DNA from: a virus
IMG/VR virus record: IMGVR_UViG_3300027733_000033
Reading direction: 5' to 3' (one strand)
Length of the DNA: 64,000 nt
Shown here: positions 58,747-64,000 of the stretch, piece after piece
Position numbering within the stretch: position 1 is the stretch's first letter
Layout: each line of letters begins with the position of its first letter
The notes under the pieces: generated by a model
The model's database searches: none
The model's input: only the letters and a program-made list of their open reading frames with translations
What the model was told of the DNA's origin: nothing
Program-made: the position numbers and the translations under genes

Positions 58747-59070
58747 TTATTCCTCGTTGTATTTGTTAAAAAGAAACTCTCTAAACTCAGCGGCTAACCT
58801 TTGATGAGTTTCAAATGAACAGTGTAGAAACCATTCTCTAGTTTCGCCGGAAGAAAAATAACCTAACGATGTTCTGTTGTCAATTAATCGTTCAATAGAA
58901 AATGGGTTTAATTGATCCCAGTCAATTTCAAAATCAGGATCTGTTATAGTTATCTTTTTACTTAATTCAGCAATTTCTTCATCTTTAAGTTCAAGCAATT
59001 TTTCATAGCATTCAATTGATGTATCTTTTTCACTTTCGCTTTTGAATAAATCGAACATAATTTTCCTCAT
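58747..59070 (-). CDS. Hypothetical protein
   Basis: ORF in operon. Confidence 0.6.
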   Translation of the reverse strand: MRKIMFDLFKSESEKDTSIECYEKLLELKDEEIAELSKKITITDPDFEIDWDQLNPFSIERLIDNRTSLGYFSSGETREWFLHCSFETHQRLAAEFREFLFNKYNEE

Positions 59071-59072
59071 GG

Positions 59073-59669
59073 TTAGTATTTGTTTGCAACAAATTTTACT
59101 AATTTATCTAATAATGCTTCAGTTTGACTATCTAAAATATTTGCATAATCTTTGTAAATCATAGTTTTATATTTATGGCAGCATGAGCATAGGGTGTGTA
59201 GGTTTTCTGGCGAATTGTATTCTTCTTTAGAATACCCATTTAATTTTGCTCTATTTTTAGGGTAAACATGGTCGACTTCAAGTTGACCTGTTAACATAAT
59301 AGTAGTAGTGCAACGAAAGCCTAATCTACCGTCAACATTTTCGCAATAGGGTTTTACTGCCCAACGGTATTCGTGTTTAGAATTTCTATAATCGTTTACA
59401 GTATCAAATCCTTCTTTTTCAGCTAATTCTTCTTCTTTAGCATATTTGCGTTCCAGAGCATTAGCGTATCCTTCTTTTTCAGCTAATTCTTCTTCTTTAG
59501 CATATTTGCGTTCCAGAGCATTAGCGTATCCTTCTCTTTCAGCTAATTCTTCTTGTCTTTCATAATGATGTTTTGTACAAACTCTACGATAAATTGTATT
59601 TCCGTTTTTTTGTTTACCGGCAGTTGCTCTTTTGTTTTTACATCCACGAACTTCACAAATATGACTCAT
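59073..59669 (-). CDS. HNH endonuclease-like protein with internal 20-aa repeats
   Basis: CEVRGC...CTKHH; LEVDH...NLHTLCSCCHKYKT. Confidence 0.8.
   Translation of the reverse strand: MSHICEVRGCKNKRATAGKQKNGNTIYRRVCTKHHYERQEELAEREGYANALERKYAKEEELAEKEGYANALERKYAKEEELAEKEGFDTVNDYRNSKHEYRWAVKPYCENVDGRLGFRCTTTIMLTGQLEVDHVYPKNRAKLNGYSKEEYNSPENLHTLCSCCHKYKTMIYKDYANILDSQTEALLDKLVKFVANKY
59408..59553. repeat. 60-bp tandem repeat (about 2.4 copies)
   Basis: Encodes EELAE(R/K)EGYANALERKYAKE twice plus a partial copy. Confidence 0.9.
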
Positions 59670-59966
59670 AATATACGCTCCAAATTATCATTACGGTTTA
59701 ACTTCATTACGATCTATTATACTACTATTTTATGAAAAGTAAAGCTTTATTTTTACCAGCGGCGCTTACCAAACCCTATAGAAATGCTGAAGCATAAAAC
59801 GATAATGTGTAGCTCAATGGGATAAACGTCATTATCCCATCTAACGCCTACCCCAATGTGTTTTTCAATCATGAAATAGATTCTGCCAGAACCAAACATC
59901 TATATGTACAAAAAAACAAATGGAACCAAAATTACAAATACAACTGAGAAAAACAAAAGTAAAATA

Positions 59967-60152
59967 TTATCCATTAATCTGTTTCTCCGCATCTTTCCAG
60001 TTAGATTCAGCATCAGTAGAACCGTTGAGCCAAAGGTAATAAGCCGCTTCTTCTACCTGTTTGGTTTTATCTTCCACGTAATTCATATAGACTTCTGCTG
60101 CTTCCTCAGATGAATTAACTGACCTGAATAGATTTCTAAATTTTGTTAACAT
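59967..60152 (-). CDS. Small protein, DUF2934-like
   Basis: EEAAYYLW...AESNWKDAE. Confidence 0.55.
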   Translation of the reverse strand: MLTKFRNLFRSVNSSEEAAEVYMNYVEDKTKQVEEAAYYLWLNGSTDAESNWKDAEKQING

Positions 60153-60381
60153 ATTTTCTCCAATAATCAATCAAATTATACCGTTTAAGCATTTTGCTAA
60201 TGTTAGGCAAATGTAGCATATTAACTACAAACCTATCGACTGCTTGGTTAGAAATCTGCTCATATCTTGTTTCCCTATATCTAGTGATAACCCCTAACTC
60301 ATCATATCGCTTATCCATAAATCTAGATTTGCGCCGTGAGTAAAACAATTTTAAATTTCGTTTTCGTAGTTCTTTTAGCAT
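60136..60381 (-). CDS. Hypothetical basic protein
   Basis: ORF in operon. Confidence 0.5.
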   Translation of the reverse strand: MLKELRKRNLKLFYSRRKSRFMDKRYDELGVITRYRETRYEQISNQAVDRFVVNMLHLPNISKMLKRYNLIDYWRKYVNKI

Positions 60382-60794
60382 TAATTATCCCGAATAAAAT
60401 GCTTAAAATTATTCACTAAACTTTGTTGAAACTCTTCATAACCAGAATTGTCAGACGGTAATAAGTTAGCAGGAATTCCTGGAGTTCTTTTATATTCCCA
60501 ACATTCAGAACCATCATATTCATCCCGTTCTATCCATGAACCATCATCAAACCACACCTCACCATATAGTTCTTGACTGCCAAATCCATTATCGTATTTG
60601 AAATCTAAATTTTTCAAAAAGGACTCTAACTCATATTGGTCAAACCCTACTGGTAGATAAGCATCTTTTGGAAGTTCTCCTTGCCTTTTAAACTCATATC
60701 CTTGTTTTGTTACCCAAGCGCACTTTACAGATACCGAATGCTTTTTGGCAATTCCATCAAGCACATTTACAAGTTCTTCTTTTGCATTTATCAT
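60381..60794 (-). CDS. Conserved phage hypothetical protein
   Basis: YDNGFGSQEL...WFDDGSWIERDEYDGSECW. Confidence 0.75.
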   Translation of the reverse strand: MINAKEELVNVLDGIAKKHSVSVKCAWVTKQGYEFKRQGELPKDAYLPVGFDQYELESFLKNLDFKYDNGFGSQELYGEVWFDDGSWIERDEYDGSECWEYKRTPGIPANLLPSDNSGYEEFQQSLVNNFKHFIRDN

Positions 60795-61054
60795 AATTCA
60801 TCACCTTGTTTAGTAAGTTTTAACCAGAAATTGTGTACATAAATTGAACTAGCGATACCAAAAGAACCGCCCATAACATAAGCAATCGATTCATATAAGC
60901 CGGCGTTCGGCGTTGCTTTATATAAAAAGATTTGAAGTGAGCCTACCATTAACGAAGTAACAAATGACGGTATCACTTCTTTGTTCTTAACCAATTGACT
61001 TTGAAAGCCTAATAACATAATAATAAGAAAACTAGAACCAAATAACATTAACAT
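60791..61054 (-). CDS. Small membrane protein
   Basis: Three hydrophobic segments. Confidence 0.65.
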   Translation of the reverse strand: MLMLFGSSFLIIMLLGFQSQLVKNKEVIPSFVTSLMVGSLQIFLYKATPNAGLYESIAYVMGGSFGIASSIYVHNFWLKLTKQGDEL

Positions 61055-61175
61055 ATTTTTAACCCGCTTACCCTCAATTCACGCCCGACTAGGCTATTAT
61101 ACGCTTCTAGGAGTAAAAAGTAAAGTTTTATTTTCACGCATAAAAAACCCAGCGGATTAGGCTGGGTCGTAAAAT

Positions 61176-61421
61176 CTATTTCCATTCTAGCATCGCTTTA
61201 GTGTAGTTCAATTGTCTGTTATACCAAAACTCAACAGACCCACCAAACCGCGCTACGATATTGTCGGAGATAAAAGTGATAGGGTATATCCCATCAATAA
61301 TGTTGGTAAGGTAATCGTCAGAAATATTAAGCGCTTCAGCTAACTGTATTCTGTTCATATTATTTTCGTCAGCAAGGTCTAATAGGGTATCGACTGGCTT
61401 TGACGGTTGGAAATTGCTCAT
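61176..61421 (-). CDS. HigA-like HTH protein
   Basis: MNRIQLAEALNIS...IIDG..PIT...FGGSVEFWYNRQ. Confidence 0.7.
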   Translation of the reverse strand: MSNFQPSKPVDTLLDLADENNMNRIQLAEALNISDDYLTNIIDGIYPITFISDNIVARFGGSVEFWYNRQLNYTKAMLEWK

Positions 61422-61549
61422 TTTACTCTCCGGTTTATCATTAAGGTTTAACTTCATTAAGATCTATTATACTCCCTTTTTTCCAAAAGTAAAGCTTTTT
61501 TATGCGTGAAAAAGCCGGCTTCGCGCCGGCTTGGTATCAAAAACGAGTA

Positions 61550-62467
61550 TTATTTTGATGCTTTCCATTTGGATAATACTTGATCCAAATGTTTCAATTC
61601 ATCTGTTATAGCTTTAATTTCAGACTCAAGATTAATTTTATTTGTTTTAAAAGCCTTTTCCCAATTAGGATCTTCTCTTCCTATAGAGATAATATCACGA
61701 CTTCCAATTTTACGAATATTCAAAATGATAGCATTAGGAAGTTGTTTTAGACGTGATTCTAAATTTTCTTTTTCTTGTTCAGTTGCTTTAATTCTAGCAT
61801 TTAACCCATCAAGAGATACTTCTAAATTCTTAAAGTTTACGCCGGCGCAAGATTGAGTTTGGTATCCAGTTCCTGGTCTAGTGAACCCATGATGGGACAT
61901 CAATCCAGTTTTATCAATAGAAATATCACGTAAACACCAACCACAAGTTCCTCTAACTTGATTAGGATTAACCGGCTTTGGTGTCAATGATGGAGCTCTG
62001 CCTTTAACTGTATTTGTTTTCAGATGGTCCATTATATCTTTTAATGGAGCATACTCAGACGCAATCGCTATCGCATTTCCTATCAGTTTAGATTTATCGG
62101 CTAACTTAGAATATTTTTTAACGATACCGTCCATATTTCTAAATCCTTTATCTTTATAATAAAGGTCTTCCTCTTCTTTAGCGTATGGAGCCGCATCTCT
62201 TTCTTCACGAGATTGATTCAGGTAAAGGTTTGTATAATGTTTTTCCCAAGACGATTCACAAGAATTGTTGAAAACTGATTTTAAAGTATCTAAATCAGCT
62301 TTACGAATACTGCCTTCTTCCATAGCAGTTTTAAGAATTAACAAGGCATCATCAAATTTATCTTTATTTTTTGGACTCAAAGCGCCTAACGTTAGATTAA
62401 AATTAGAAAGAATTTGTTTAGAAGTGATTTGAACAGATTCTGCTCTAAATTCACGAAATGTTTTCAT
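61550..62467 (-). CDS. Putative internal head protein with Zn-binding motif
   Basis: MKTFREFRAE (close to T4 MKTYQEFIAE); GTCGWC...HHGF..PG...C. Confidence 0.7.
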   Translation of the reverse strand: MKTFREFRAESVQITSKQILSNFNLTLGALSPKNKDKFDDALLILKTAMEEGSIRKADLDTLKSVFNNSCESSWEKHYTNLYLNQSREERDAAPYAKEEEDLYYKDKGFRNMDGIVKKYSKLADKSKLIGNAIAIASEYAPLKDIMDHLKTNTVKGRAPSLTPKPVNPNQVRGTCGWCLRDISIDKTGLMSHHGFTRPGTGYQTQSCAGVNFKNLEVSLDGLNARIKATEQEKENLESRLKQLPNAIILNIRKIGSRDIISIGREDPNWEKAFKTNKINLESEIKAITDELKHLDQVLSKWKASK

Positions 62468-62471
62468 TTGA

Positions 62472-62684
62472 TTATCCTTTGAATAGTATAACGTTGAAGT
62501 CCGTTCCGACATAACCGGTTAACTTCTCTTTTGGTGATAATTTTAGATAATAGTCCCACCGGTTTAAGTGAGGATTATACGCCGCGCTATCGAAATACAA
62601 CACGATAGGATATTTAACATCTTTTCCACAATAGATTACTTTATCGCCCTTTTTAAAACTATTTGACTGCGATTGAAGTTTCAT
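62472..62684 (-). CDS. Hypothetical protein
   Basis: FKKGDKV motif; start position uncertain. Confidence 0.45.
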   Translation of the reverse strand: MKLQSQSNSFKKGDKVIYCGKDVKYPIVLYFDSAAYNPHLNRWDYYLKLSPKEKLTGYVGTDFNVILFKG

Positions 62685-62841
62685 CATCATTAATCCGTTT
62701 CTCAATTTCTGTCTTAGTGGTCTTTTTACGTTTAGCGCCTACTGGGAGTTCTGTGTTAGCAACGCCGGCGGTTGTATTAGTGGCAACACCAGCCGCTACA
62801 ACATCTTCTAAAACTGCTTTTCTAAATTCAGCAAAACTCAT
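62659..62841 (-). CDS. Small capsid-targeted peptide
   Basis: MSFAEFRKAVLE; TATAAATA on the minus strand at about 62864-62871. Confidence 0.65.
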   Translation of the reverse strand: MSFAEFRKAVLEDVVAAGVATNTTAGVANTELPVGAKRKKTTKTEIEKRINDDETSIAVK

Positions 62842-62867
62842 TTTATATTCCTTTGTAAATAGAATAT

Positions 62868-63188
62868 TTATAGTTCAAATTTTGCGATAAGAATTTCCAT
62901 TTGAGCTTTAGATAAATCCAAACGCTTCAGGAGGTCTAACATACCTGATTCGTAATAGCCTACGACAAAGGGATAGCATATGTCCCCATCGCCTGCGAAC
63001 GCCCTTTTAGATCGTTCCTTAGCTGAATTTGTAAACTTTGCGAACATATTATCAAGCATCGTATCTTTACCATCAACTTGCATCATTTTGTCAAACTCCT
63101 CAAAGGTCTCAACTGGGTTTAATTCTACTCGTTTAGAGTTAACCGCTATTTTCATTTGTTCTAAATCAAAATTAAATTCGGTTTCCAT
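62868..63188 (-). CDS. Hypothetical early protein
   Basis: Behind a class-1 cassette; GGAG RBS before METEF. Confidence 0.6.
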   Translation of the reverse strand: METEFNFDLEQMKIAVNSKRVELNPVETFEEFDKMMQVDGKDTMLDNMFAKFTNSAKERSKRAFAGDGDICYPFVVGYYESGMLDLLKRLDLSKAQMEILIAKFEL

Positions 63189-63300
63189 TTTTATCTCCGG
63201 CTTATTCATTACGATCTATTATACTTGGTTTTTTCCAAAAGTAAAGCTTTATTTTAAATTATTTTCAAACGTGAAAAAGCCGGCACTAAGCCGGCTAAAT

Positions 63301-63516
63301 TTACTTCCATACTGTATCAATATATTCTGTCAGATTAGCAGTCAGTTTTGACAAAAACATATTAATCTTGACCAACTTATCCTCAGTAGATTGAGTGAAC
63401 GCCTTTGGTTTAAAAATTAATGAAAATGGCATTATCACAAACACGCTGGTAAATCCGACCATCATAATAAATGCATAAAACCAAAGAAACAAAAAATTAT
63501 TTATTGCTCTAAACAT
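63301..63516 (-). CDS. Small membrane protein
   Basis: Hydrophobic segment. Confidence 0.5.
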   Translation of the reverse strand: MFRAINNFLFLWFYAFIMMVGFTSVFVIMPFSLIFKPKAFTQSTEDKLVKINMFLSKLTANLTEYIDTVWK

Positions 63517-63517
63517 T

Positions 63518-63700
63518 TTAATCCCCAATCCAACGGTAATCAAAAGCTTCAACAAACGCAATATTGTTGTTGAAATTTATCCATATACCATCTTTGCTTA
63601 AAATCTGAAACTCAATCCAAGGGTCGTTACGGTAAGCCGCTACTTCAGCATATTTTTTCAACATATCAGCATGTCTGTGCGGTGTAAATTTATTTGTCAT
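63518..63700 (-). CDS. Hypothetical protein
   Basis: PHRHAD...YA motif. Confidence 0.55.
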   Translation of the reverse strand: MTNKFTPHRHADMLKKYAEVAAYRNDPWIEFQILSKDGIWINFNNNIAFVEAFDYRWIGD

Positions 63701-63878
63701 TATTCCCCCTTTCAAACCACATTAAAATTCCAAACACTAAGCCTATCGGTAAAACAATCTCGCTAATCAATCTGACGATAAAAATTCCGATACCGCCTAA
63801 AACAAATGGCAGGCTGGCGATAAAACCTAAAACGCAACAAGCCGCTAAACCTTTATTAGATTTTGCCCATTCAATCAT
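63690..63878 (-). CDS. Small membrane protein
   Basis: Two hydrophobic segments. Confidence 0.55.
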   Translation of the reverse strand: MIEWAKSNKGLAACCVLGFIASLPFVLGGIGIFIVRLISEIVLPIGLVFGILMWFERGNNDK

Positions 63879-64000
63879 TTGATTTTCTCGTAAATATGGT
63901 AACAGTAAACCAGTTCAATTTCTGGCTCATCATAAATGTATTCAGTAGTAGGCGTTTGGGTACCGATATAATCGCCCCATTTGTGCCATCTCCAACCTTC

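Noticed and set aside
4013-63250. Dispersed repeats as a CRISPR array
   Set aside because: Copies are kilobases apart, contain -35/-10 boxes and lack regular spacers. The Cas4-like exonuclease is a common stand-alone phage gene.
1593-63882. Many short antisense or overlapping ORFs in the track (e.g. 1593..1871, 1705..1929, 20252..20617, 42522..42980, 54334..54585, 62980..63351)
   Set aside because: They are shadows of well-supported genes on the other strand or frame, with no RBS or recognisable motifs.
1-64000. tRNA or rRNA genes and group I introns
   Set aside because: No cloverleaf with T-loop/CCA was recognised. nrdA, nrdB, thyX, uvsX and terminase are uninterrupted, and the endonucleases are free-standing.

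Overview
This is a 64-kb segment of a large, AT-rich T4-like (Tevenvirinae-type) myophage genome, mostly encoded on the minus strand. Recognisable core genes: gp32 SSB, gp59, gp33, nrdA/nrdB, thyX, gp61 primase, gp41 helicase (with a 139-aa mini-intein), uvsX, gp17 terminase, gp46/47, gp55 late sigma, gp30 ligase, an M15 endolysin and a SleB-type hydrolase. These are interspersed with many small early genes driven by a roughly 12-copy repeated promoter cassette. Four observations stand out. (1) A six-gene DNA-hypermodification operon (26840-33010) combines a TET/JBP dioxygenase, an aGPT-PPlase/amino-acid:DNA transferase, a P-loop kinase and a T4-BGT-like glycosyltransferase with an inositol-phosphate synthase and a HAD phosphatase. 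This suggests a base modified with inositol or another cyclitol. (2) A two-hairpin RNA element with compensatory base changes precedes four free-standing endonuclease genes of two unrelated families. (3) About a dozen unrelated proteins carry a T4-like capsid-targeting peptide. They include an ADP-ribosyltransferase, a restriction-like nuclease and members of a three-gene nucleotidyltransferase cluster, and the tag is visibly duplicated as a DNA module. (4) Single-base homopolymer frameshifts are confined to accessory genes. All family assignments come from motif recognition by eye; no database searches were run.
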